Assembly (NCBI GenBank): GCA_047495785.1
Contig: JBLDXI010000012.1
Coordinates: forward strand, 1,302,001-1,366,000
DNA from: Lepidodermella squamata
Taxonomy: Eukaryota; Animalia; Gastrotricha
Direction of reading: 5' to 3'
Length of the DNA: 64,000 nucleotides
Shown here piece by piece: positions 23,755 to 34,960 of this stretch. Position 1 is the stretch's first letter. Every line of letters starts with the position of its first letter. The translations under genes and the position numbers were made by a program. Under the pieces are notes generated by a model. The model had not been told where the DNA came from, ran no database searches, and was given only the letters and a program-made list of their open reading frames with translations.

Positions 23755-26477
23755 ATGATTTTGCTTATTATTTCTCTGATAGTAAAAACTAATGCTCAAC
23801 AGTTTGCGACAAACTCGAGTTCCTTGACTGACAACTGGTGGGATGACATCGTTCCTAAGCCATTGTCGCAAGCTATTTCGCCAAGTTCAGCCTCTTGCCG
23901 GAATGTCTCAGTTAACGAGTATATTATAGCAAGGGATGTGTTCGGTAAGCACGAAACCTGGGTCAGGCCGCTGCTGAAAAGCAACAAGCCGATCAATATC
24001 GAAATCAGACTGGTTCTATCCTCAATCAACGACGTGGTTTGTTGAGATTTTCCTTCTTCAAACATAATCACAGTTGAGACTGACTTCAGCACGTAGTATC
24101 AGAGTACTAGGCCTATTCAAAAGGTCCATCAAAAATGTTATAAGATTGCGCGACCAAACATTGAGTCATTCTGCGAATTTGTAAGAAACGACGTAAATTC
24201 CAATTATTCGCAAATTTATTTCTAAATAAATAAGGGCCCATTGATCATCGGCGGGTCATCATTATGTCACGTCAAGGGTTTTGATTTCATTCATGGGCAG
24301 CACCGGTCTCGACAGCGACGGAGTATGAGAAATTGTTGGAGGCCGAGTAGCTGCTGCTCTTGCTGCCCTTGCGACCCTTGCCGTGCTTGCCACCGTGCTT
24401 CTTGCCGCCAAACTTCTTGCCACCGAATTTCTTGCCGCCCTTCTTGTCGTAGCCGCCGAAGGAGCCCGAGCGCGAGTACGAGTCGGACATGGATCCGCGC
24501 TGGTGCACGCGCATGAACTTCTTGGTGGAGACCTTGCGGGTGTGCTTGTTCGTGCGGGCCGACACCGACGCGGACACGGACTTGGAGAACGAGGCACGGC
24601 GGTGCTTGCGCCCAGCGACGAAGGCCTTCTTGGCCGGGCGCTTCTTCATAGCGTGCTTCTTCGGCTGCCGGTTGTACGACACGCTGATCGAGACGCTCTT
24701 CGAAACACTTTTGCCCTTGTTACCACGGCCAGCCTCGGCTTCGGAGATGGCTAAAAATTGAATAGTTGTATGCATCAATTAAAAGAAATATCAAAATATA
24801 CCAATAGCCATGAGAACCACTGCAGCTATGATGAAAACAGCGCGCATGTTTTAGGGAAATTCTGGTATTAGAAATGAGTTGAAAAATCAAGAAAATAGAT
24901 CTGCTGTTCTAAGCCTAAAATCGAATCGACTTTATACCGTGGAAAAATCTAGTTTCAGCCTATTTTTCAATTTAATTCACACTCGTGATGGGGTTTACAA
25001 ATTAGCGTTTGATCGAGTCCGGCAATAATGGATCAGTAATAGGCTTCAATATTATATGGCATGGATGATGATTTTTCGGAAAGAAATTGAAAATTTTGAG
25101 ATTAAAGGCTGATTTTATTTGAGATTGAAAAAATTAAAAAAATGTAATGTAGGCGCTTCTTAATTTTCAGGTATAACCATTCTCTTTATTTCAAAAGCAA
25201 TTTTTTCTGTTTTTTTTTCCAAAGATCGAGCGGGAAAAGTCGTTGAAGCTCTCTGGCTATCTGCTTTTTGTGAGAAATTTTACATATAATTTTGATTTTG
25301 TATCTAAGCATCCCGATTTCATGTTTAGTACTGGTTCGACGAATTTCATTCATGGAACAAGACTTTCCCTCACGCTTGCGTCCCCAGCGTAACTCTTCCT
25401 CATGACAAGATTTGGATACCAGAAATAGCCATGATCAACTCGGAGCAGCACTACGAGCTGCTGTTGATGTATGGCGAAGAAAAGGTGCGAGTTTCCAGCA
25501 ACGGCTACGTCTCCTACCGGCCAGGCGGAACCTTCCGAGCCTTCTGCGATTTCGACCTCCGGCTTTTCCCATTCGACTCGCAAAACTGCACGTTGATTCT
25601 CGAAAGTTGGCGATACACGATCGAATTTCAAATTTTCCACTTTGGCGACACAATTCAACAAAGATGGTGGATAGAAAATGAGCAGTGGCAGTTGACTGGA
25701 ACTGCCCAGCGTTCAAAACGGGTTCAATACGTAATTCCAACTAATACCTTTTCAAGGGTCGAGTTCGATCTGACAATCAAGCGGAAAATCGGATACTACT
25801 TGATCAACGTCATAGTCCCATCTTTGATCATTTCCCTAGCTGAGGTTGCGACCTTCACCGCCGAAGTGAACGATAGCGAGAAGTTGGAGCTGTCTTTCAC
25901 CTGTCTACTGGCTTATGGCGTTTTCCAACTTATGATAATCGACGACATACCTCGGTCTTCAGATCGAATTCCTTTGCTTTGCTACTACATCGATTTGTCA
26001 ATGCTTTACATTTGTCTGGCGATGTTAGGCGAGGGTGTTGTCTTCGTTTGTTATCGAAAAAGCCGCGATCAACGCCGTCAACAGAAAGTGCCGGAGTGGC
26101 TGTACCGGGGTGCTGAGGTGATTGCGCCGGTTTTCAGGGTCAAAAAGCCGCGGAAACCTCTGATCAGCGACGAAACAGGGCCGGATTACAACGCAATGTT
26201 GACTGGAACTTATTTCTCTTTATACCACAAGGAGGGCGAATTATTCGGCCTAAATCAGGACAAAGATGATACGAATGGCGGGAGGAAGCTCTTTGCCAGT
26301 GAACAGGCAGAAAGAGATCAGAAAAGGGCCATGGAGATCTATCGAATTCATCGATGGGAATTTATAGCAGATGTAATGGATCGATTTGTTCTTGTGTCTT
26401 ACATTTTTTTTATCGCAGCGACTCCAGTTTTCTTGTTCTATATAGTGCCCAATTATAGTGATCTATTCTACTCCTGA
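23755..26477 (+). CDS. Divergent Cys-loop ligand-gated ion channel subunit (nAChR-like, non-alpha), gene 1 (exons 23755-24036, 25225-25269, 25329-26477)
   Basis: Signal peptide, VRP, WFDE..W, WIPE, Cys loop CDFDLRLFPFDSQNC, YYLINVIVPS (M1), four TM helices, ADVMDR before M4; the 45-nt exon 2 matches the paralogs at 55894 and 58558. Confidence 0.9.
24287..24847 (-). CDS. Secreted polybasic (Ser-X)n protein, copy K5, nested antisense in channel intron 1 (exons 24847-24802, 24750-24287)
   Basis: Signal exon MRAVFIIAAVVLMAI, phase-1 intron, intact ORF; the most divergent copy (C-terminus AAHE). Confidence 0.85.
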
Positions 26478-26742
26478 ATAAAATATAATAAAGGTGTTTT
26501 TCAAAATTGAGTGGCAAGTGAAACGCGGCGTAGTTTTGACACGCGCCGAGATGTTCTTTCCTGTGTTGAAAAATGAAGCAGTGTGACACGAAAATTAAAA
26601 TCGCGTGCCGTCAAAACAGTTCGACTATAAAATAGGGCCGATATTCTACGTTTAAATCATCACCTGCTTTTGCAATTTAAAGCTCACAGCAATCTTCTCG
26701 CTTTCATTTTCGTTCGTGTTTTGATTATCCTCAAACTCTAAA

Positions 26743-28043
26743 ATGGCCTGCTCTTACACCTCGATCCCCTCGACCTTCGCCGCTGGCTACACCAGCCCGA
26801 TGAACGTCGAGAGCCTGCTCCGCAACAAGGTCGACATCTACTCGCCGTCGTCTGTTGAGCGCAGCCTCATCAACGCCGCCGTCCCGACCCCGTTCGCCGC
26901 CGCCGCCGGCATCCACAACGTCAACGCCTTCGCCTCGTCCCCGATCGCCTACAACACCTTCGCCTCGCCGATCGAGTGCGGAGCCGAGACCGGCCGCGTC
27001 TTCGGTGCCGAGTGCGGTGCCCAGCTGGCCGCCATCGTCGCCGCCCGCCTCAACACCTTCGTCGGCCAGGAGGTGGCCGTCCGCATCGGCGCCCAGTGGG
27101 GAGCCGAGATGTGCGCCAAGCTGGGTGCCGAGCTCGCCGTCAAGCTCGTCAACGGCTGGCCGGTCGAGCAGTGCGCCCGCTGGTGCTACACCTTCGGAGC
27201 CGAGCACGGCGCCGAACTGGGTGCCATCATCGCCCAGCGCCTGGGTGCCATCTACACCGCCGAGTTCGCCGCCCGCATCGGCGCCGAGCTCTTCGCCGAC
27301 GTCTGCGCCAAGCAGTGCTACGTCATCGCCGCCCGCGTCGCCGAGTCGCGCTTCGGTGGTGCCCGCCTCGCCAACAACTGGACCGGCTCGTTCGAGCGCT
27401 TCGGTGGCATCAACTACCCGACCACCTTCGGCCCCTTCGGCGCCAACACCTGGTCGAACACCCTGTCGGCTGACAACAAGCTGTTCAACATCGCCTTCCG
27501 CCCGTCCTCCGAGGTCGAGCTCTACACCCTGACCCACCCGATCCGCATGATCGACGTCGAGGGCAACCGCCAGCTGTACCTGTGCTTCGAGCTCAAGGGC
27601 TTCAAGCCTGAGGAAGTCACCGTCACCCTGAACAAGGCCGAGCGCGCCGTCGTCGTCGAGGCTGCCCACGAGGCCAAGGACGGCAAGGAGCACACCGTCG
27701 CCCGCAAGTACTCGCGCAAGTTCGTCCTGCCCGAGGTGAGACAACATCCAGCATTGAATTAATGTATCCCTAATTTGCCTTTACTTAATAGACCCTTGCC
27801 AAGATCGACCTGACCAAGGTTGAGCTCAAGTCGTGCCTGACCCAGGAGGGCCACCTCGTCGTCGAGTGCCAGCTGCCGAAGATGACCACCGAGGAGATCG
27901 CCAAGTGCCCGACCATGTCCGAGCTGTACAACAAGCTGCCCGCCTTCGGAGGCTTCAACGCCGCCGTCCAGGCCTTCGGCGGCATCAACGGCGTCAACTG
28001 CCACGTCAACGCCGTCAAGCCCGTCACCGTCAAGACCGCTTAA
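26743..28043 (+). CDS. Small heat-shock protein with long N-terminal extension, copy B (exons 26743-27735, 27792-28043)
   Basis: As copy A; coding sequence essentially identical to copy C. Confidence 0.9.
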
Positions 28044-28427
28044 ATGAAAGCCACATCCAAAGAGAAGATGAGCAATAATGCGCAATGTTAAAGAACTTTG
28101 CTTGAGAAAAAGTGTGATACCATTCGATGTGATACTCTAGTGCTATTTGCAGTTTTCCTCGAGACAGTAAAACAAGAGATGTTGCGTAAAAATTGCCTGC
28201 TATGACTCAGTCCGATGGTTGAATTTTAGTTACGTTTTAGTTGGTCTAACAGACTAGTAGTGTCCAGGTTCGCCTCCACGTCGCGAGCCATTTTTTATAT
28301 CCAAATAATCGGTATTATGCAAATATTGTGTGCGAAAAGAGCAAGCAAAATAATCAGGAATTAGAGTTATAGGGTCATGGTAATCATATACAGGAATATT
28401 GTTTGTAGGAACTTGCGTATCAAGAGC

Positions 28428-28964
28428 TTAACCTGACTTGTCGAGGCAGGCTTTGACCTTTTTCCAGTAAACATCAGTCGAGCTTGATTTGCAACCTTTC
28501 GGGCCTCCGTTGTGAATTCGAGCGTGATCCTAATTAACGGCGCAATAATTTATATGGCGAAGTTGTACGGGTGACAAATGTTAGCTATACCTCACAAGTT
28601 GGTGCCTTTCCACCTGTGCAATAGGTTCCGTAACGGTCCATATAATTATTAATGCATTTCTCTGAACAAGCCATTGAATTTGAGCACTTTTTCCAGTCGG
28701 AATCGACGCCGCCTTTCTCCTTGCAATCGGTGTGGTAGACTTGCTTGATTTGGTACGGACCGCAAGAAAGCGAGCCGAGGTCCATTATACAGCCGAAATT
28801 TACATTACAGTTGCTCTCCACCTTAAAAAACGCTTCAGTAAATATGCCGCAATTAGGTATCGTCAAATTACCTGGCAGATGCATTTCAAACACTTGTCAT
28901 CGACACGTGCCGCTGCTAACGCAAAAATAGCAGCGAAAAAGAAACAAAACTTCGAAGAAATCAT
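28428..28964 (-). CDS. Invertebrate-type (i-type) lysozyme / destabilase family (exons 28964-28872, 28821-28591, 28529-28428)
   Basis: Signal peptide, CLKCICQVESNC, MDLGSLSCGPYQIK, CEDHARIHNGGPKGC, YWKKVKAC; the muramidase Glu and Asp positions are present. Confidence 0.93.
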
Positions 28965-31900
28965 AGTTTTATAATTGAAGGTCAACGAGACAAAATGCGC
29001 GCAATAAATGCGTGACCTGGTTTTAATATATATATAGTCCGGCCCTAATTACTCCTAGCACTTATTATTTTTTATTCACTTGATAGGAAGTTCGGCTTTC
29101 AGATAAACACGGTAATTTTCCGCTGATATTACACACCGAGTAAATTTCCGAAGTAATTCTAGAAACCGTGAGAAGTAATTTGGAACACCAGGCGGCGTCA
29201 TTTATATTTAAGGTCACACACCCTTTGGCCTGAAAAAAAGCGACCAGGTAAGCAGGGGAAATAACACACTTACGATGCTAGGAAAGCAACATTAATAATT
29301 CGTTAATTACGACGATGGCAGAATAGAACAAAAGTTGTTGCTTGGGGGAGGGTGTTTTAAATCGGCGTTTGCTCAACTAAAATGTTCACAAATAATATTT
29401 TGTCTAAACAGTGAACAGTATTACCGTAAATTGGGGCAAAATGGCCGCGGGAAAAAAATTACCCCCTGATTTTTTCGCACCCTGTCGGAAAATCCTAGAC
29501 CGCAGAAGACTTTTCAGAATTCGTGACACTAAATTGGTGTACTTCGGCCTTCGTGTTTTATTCCCAAAAATGAATATCTGCGATTGACACCAGTTTGGTT
29601 GGATGCGGGCAACGGTTATTTCTTCTGAAATTTCGAAAAAAATGCAAGTTAATGGCTGGCCCGCAGTGAGCCGGTTTGATCACGTTGAAATGGCGCAGCA
29701 CGAATTGCCCCGATTTGGCTGATTTTAAGGTGGCTTGATCGAAAAAAAATATTTCCAAAATCATGCCTCGAATTTTGTTCTTCGTGAATTCACGCGTTCA
29801 ACTTTGAATCTAGCTCATGTTTCGATCGCTCCAATCTCACCGAAAGCTATAAAACTGTCATTTTGTACCGCAACTCGTGAAATCTTGTCGTAGTAGCATA
29901 TAATATGCGATTGAAATACGGAGTTTTTATTTTAAGGTTATGGATAATTGCTTGATCTCTGTCGATGAAAATGTTTCGGGAGTTTACGGAGATCTGTGGG
30001 AAAACGGATCGATGAGGAAAATCGACAGGATCGGCTGATTGATGGGAAACGGTCGGCAATAAGCGGTCAGATTCAATTTTCTGCTATTTTTTTGGAAAAT
30101 GATGCGATAAATGTCACGTGCTGAACTGGTCACAAGTATGAAGAAATAACGAAACAATCGCGCATTGACTTCATTCTTCTTCCTGTTTATTCCTGTTCAA
30201 CCCATCTAAAGATCTTGATGAATTCGCCCAATAATCCCTTCCAGAGAATTTTCCGGAATTTTCCAATTAATTAAACAATTCGAAATAAATTGAACGTTGA
30301 AAGTTGGAATTATCCGTGATTTTCAGTATGAGGCCTGGTCATTTGATTTTCTGTGTGACTGACGGCGATTATTGTAATATTCTACCCAAATTTCAGGTAT
30401 ACTATCACGACCCAACAATTCAGCAATCAGAAGTCAATTTAATTTACCCGATTACAATAATTAATTAATCTAATAAAATCTAATTAAAATGATTTTTTGA
30501 GAATTCTTTGCCTGCTTTGTGTCCGAAATTAGAACAGTTCACTCTTTGCAAGGTCACAGGAATAACCTGCCACATTTAAAGCTGGAAAGAATAAATTTTA
30601 AGCTCAATCGCCATGATATTGGATGACCTATTTTAGACGGATAGATGATCAATTAGAACTGAATTGATGAAACCTGATGGGGCTAGTCGAGGCTTCTGGT
30701 ATTTGTTTCGCCAACTGACTTTTAAACTTGAAGATGGGTAGTCATCAGATAAAATGTACGACGTTCACTCAGTTTTATCGACGCAACGAATCAGACGATA
30801 TAATACAAAAATACTTAGTGTTAACGGTTCAGGTTCAGGTTCAGGTTCAGGTTATAATTATATAGGGGAAAAAACTGGAACACTTTGAACGGGATTCGTG
30901 TGGCCCCTGGGCATGAAATTCGCGAGAGCTTCGAAGGATCTATTGAAAAATGGTGGCAGCATTGTAATTTAATTTTAAATAAAAAATAATCGGAGAGAAA
31001 AACAAATGTCACTCGCTCAAAGCGGCACTGCATTGTTCCGTCATTAGCTTTCCTGTTGCGTAACAATGTGTCGTGACCTAATTTCATAAAACGCGCATTC
31101 ATTTGCTTTTTATTCTATTTGAAAGAACCGAATTTCGCTAAGTTAAGAACATCAACTCATCAACTTCCCAGCCGGCAGCTATTTTCTGCCCATCACCCAT
31201 CACCTTGATTTTATTGTCAGCTTAATTATTTGTTTAGTAAATAATCTTTCAATAGGTTATGTCGTCATGAACTTTATTCATGGTTAACGGCCGGCGTATA
31301 GTAACCTAGAAGAATTATAGTTAAAGAAAACAAGAAATTGTTCAATTTTAGCGGCAATTATCGAGTCTTTAAGCGAATCTATACGCTATGCGCTAAATCT
31401 CATTTGGCACCCGTGAAGACCGCCTGCCAGAATAATTTCACACGATTCAGGTTTGATTTTAAAACAAATCCGGGCGTAGCAATAATTTTGAAAAATTTTG
31501 ATGATTCGTTTCCCACTAATTGACCGACTTATATCAGCGAAACTTCAACCTTCGATCATGCATTTTTCTCAAGTGATTCTCAGGCATTATTAGAAATTGA
31601 AATTTTCGGAGACATATTATAGGAAACCATTGACATGTTATAAAAATTATAGTAGAATATTTGGATATTAGGTTCGCGGAATTTTCCTAAATTAGTTTGC
31701 GTTTAGTAAATTTGTTCCTAATCTCCTTGTTTTTCAGGAAATGGGAAATGGCATTGGGATTGGCAGCAATGGCTGCGGTTTGGTGACTTGATCGTTAAGC
31801 GTTAAGGTGGCAATAAGCTACACCCGTGTCACGTCTCGATCTGTCTGACAATGACTTAAAACACTGATCAAAATAGACCAATCTAGCCGCGATGACGCTC

Positions 31901-32285
31901 AATTTTGCGCGACGTCTTGAATACTGAAACTGATGGAGAGGTCGAATTTAATTTTTTTTCATCATTTTATACACTTTTTTATTTTTAACGTATGAAATTC
32001 AACGGGCGTTATAGTCGTTCAGTGAGCGGTTTACGCGTCTTGATCGCGTCTTTTGGCAAGCAAGATTGCAAACAGCACGACAGGTGAGAAAAATCTGCGA
32101 ACTTTTTACAAATTGTTCATTAAATTATTTGATAATTTTCGAAAATTATTCGCGAATCGCAATGTTTTAGGAAAAATTGAGATTTTTTACGAATTCGTTC
32201 CATGCTGAATTTGCTAATTTTTCCGCATTTAATCTAGCGATAATTTCCCCATAAATTGAGCGTTTATGTATATTGACGTTGTTTT

Positions 32286-33122
32286 TCAGGCAATGTTATT
32301 CGGATTGGCAGAATATGCTGGAATGGCCGTAGATTGATGACTGAAGCGCCAAGGCGGCGAGCTATGCCCGTGCGAGAATAACTGGAATGGCTTAATCTTA
32401 AAGATTTTCATGCCGTTGACCGTCGCGATGGTTTGCTGTTTGCTGGCGGCCGCAGACGCTTCGGTCTCTTCTTTCTTCTTATAGCCCAGCCAGATTTCAT
32501 GGTGGTTCTTCTCAACGTGACGGCGGGTGTTGCTAGATACCGAGCCGCTGCCGCATGTGATGACTTTCTCGAGCTTATTCTCCGCGCAAATGAGACAGCG
32601 AAAAACAGGCGAGTTATTTTCGTTACGACCCATAAACGCAAACTTTTCTCTAGTTATAATATCCGAAACGCGAGGTGGGTCTCCCAACTTCAGTTGGTTA
32701 GCCGAATAAGTAATCTTTTTCGACTTTTTCGACATAGCGATTTTATTTTTGAGCGAGATAAATTTCGCATTTTTACGAGGCGTATTTATTCGCCTTGAAG
32801 CGGATCAGATTATTACCACAGCCACCTCATCGTTAGCCCTTGAGTTGAGCCGTACTAATAATTACGCGATGATCACCACACATGCAAGAGGAGCCCTCGA
32901 TCGGAGCACGCGCACAGCTTGATTGCGTGTCGCGATAAACCGCGCACCGGCGCCTCGCTAACGATAATCCTCGACGGTAAACACTTGCCCGGTGATCAAA
33001 TCACAAATCAACTCAAATCACACCTGGCCATTTTCAACTCAAATCAAATCAACTCAAAAACCCTGAAAATTGAGCCAAATCAAATCCAAATCAAATCAAA
33101 TCAACTCAAATCGAGATCACTG
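32286..33122 (-). mobile_element. Truncated hAT-like element: BED zinc-finger ORF (32735-32286) plus one terminus
   Basis: FRCLIC...SSNTRRHVEKNH (C-x2-C...H-x4-H); minus-strand end CAGTGATCTC at 33122 followed by GATTT/GATTTG subterminal repeats; second terminus not found. Confidence 0.6.
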
Positions 33123-33209
33123 ATCTTTGATATTTCGCAATTCTTCGATTCTTATTTCTGTGATTTTTTCTGTGTAATTTTCATGAATTTACGTGAAAAT
33201 AGTGATTTG

Positions 33210-33337
33210 TGATGTCCAAGTCATCTATTTTGAGAAGAGTGGTCACCACCGGTGATTCGAGATCTGCCTTCGATTTGGGATGATATTCGAATCGCCGTTG
33301 GGTATAACACTTCTCAAAATAGATAACTTGGAGCCAC
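33210..33337. repeat. Imperfect ~50-bp-arm hairpin
   Basis: TCCAAGTCATCTATTTTGAGAAG...CTTCTCAAAATAGATAACTTGGA. Confidence 0.7.
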
Positions 33338-33784
33338 AATTTTCCCGAATCTAACTCGAGGCTTTTGAAAATAAAGTAAATGAAATAGTTAAACTATGTG
33401 CTTTTGCGTCTCAAATCGCATCAATTCGTTGAAATCAAGCACGCGCAGTGGATGAGAAGGAACCGCATTGCACACCAAATCCACCCTAATTTTTAGCCCA
33501 CATTGGGGCGAGTTCGGACCAAGTCGCGCCAGGCTCTGCTGTCAAGTGGAGCATGTTGGACCAAAGTCACTCTTTCTATTTTGGCCTTGATTAAGCCGAA
33601 ATAGGGGTGCCGTAATTAGGGCCAGTTGGGACGAGTGATTTTTTCAATGGTCTGGTCCAAAGTACACCACGTTTAGACCAAGATTTTTCAACAGGGCATT
33701 TTTACACGTTTCAGAGGGTCCTGATTCCGATTTTATAGGAAGCTCATTTTGCCCCAGGTTTGGGGCAAATTGGACAGGTGTTTT

Positions 33785-34286
33785 GGGGCTAATTGGCCAC
33801 CCTCATCCTTATAATGGGTTTTTAATATTTAGTGATTGTGATGGTTGAATGGTCGAGTGGTTGTGATGCGTCCATCAGAACTTGAGTGATCTGATGAGCG
33901 ACGGTTCGAATCCTCATAAAGCAGCATTTTTTTGCTCCGCATTTCATTTTTTTAATTTTTTTGTTTTAATTGTCCATTTTAATAATTTTTAATTAGTTTC
34001 TCCGTTTTTTCTGAGAGTTTTATTGCTGAGCAACTTTTAAACGTCTCCCGAACAAAAAAATGTCCGGCATACGTGGTGCTAGTGGAATAATTAAAATGGA
34101 AAATTAATAACAAAATTAAAAAAATTAAATGCGGAGCAAAAAAATGCTACTTTATGAGGATTCGAACCGTCGCTCATCAGATCACTCAAGTTCTGATGGA
34201 CGCATCACAACCACTCGACCATTCAACCCTCACAATGACTAAATATTAAAAACCCATCATAAGGATAAGGGTGGCCAATTAGCCCC
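33785..34286. repeat. ~200-bp inverted repeat, each arm carrying a tRNA-like Pol III A box, B box and T-run
   Basis: Arms 33785-33990 and 34086-34286; TGGTCGAGTGG (A box), GGTTCGAATCC (B box), T7. Confidence 0.85.
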
Positions 34287-34960
34287 CATCATTGAGTTTT
34301 CCATGGGGTAATTTGGCCACAATCACCTAGCCATACCTGTGCATCGCCTGGGGTCGCGGTTTTTTTTGCTGTCATCTACGACGAAAATGGTCGAAGGAAA
34401 AAAATTCATCTGAACATCAAACCTCGTGATTGGCTCCAGGTAATTCAATTTAGAGGGGTCATTTTTGCCTCCCTAAACTCACCTCTGTGCAACAACATGC
34501 TGTGACGTCATTTCGGGACATACGAGGCTGAAAATTTGCAGGCTTGTAGGAGGCTTGTTGATAATCGTCCCCGTAAATTTTTGTGAAGTTTTACCCTGTA
34601 GTTTTTGAGCTATCAATAAAATGGTGAAAACCTCAATTTTTGGCCAATTAGCCCCAAAGGTTCATTTTGCCCCAAATGACGGTACGGTATTATCAAAATG
34701 CGTGTATGTATCAAAATGTCGACAGATTTCAGGATTCTCGCCCGATCAGCCTAAATCTATATACGTGGCTCAAATTTGACATAAATATTAAAAAAAAATT
34801 TATTGGGCCCTTCATCTCTCTTGCAGCGATTATCAGAAATCGACAGCGAGTAGTATCAAAAGATTCACAAGGCTCATCGTAAAGAGGATAGGCGTCGAAG
34901 AAAAACGATGAATCAGAATGAGAGCTCAATAATATAGCTTTGGTATAATGTGTTGTTCAA

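Larger units (their letters stand above)
29424..34682. mobile_element. 5.3-kb non-autonomous TA-flanked DNA transposon (Tc1/mariner-pogo type)
   Basis: TIRs TA|CCGTAAATTGGGGCAAAATG and CATTTTGCCCCAAATGACGG|TA; many internal GGGGC(A/T)AATTGG-like subterminal repeats at 33500-34670; no intact transposase seen. Confidence 0.75.

Noticed and set aside
33843-33925. Functional tRNA gene
   Set aside because: A and B boxes are present but the acceptor stem does not pair and the anticodon arm is non-canonical; it lies within a transposon inverted repeat.
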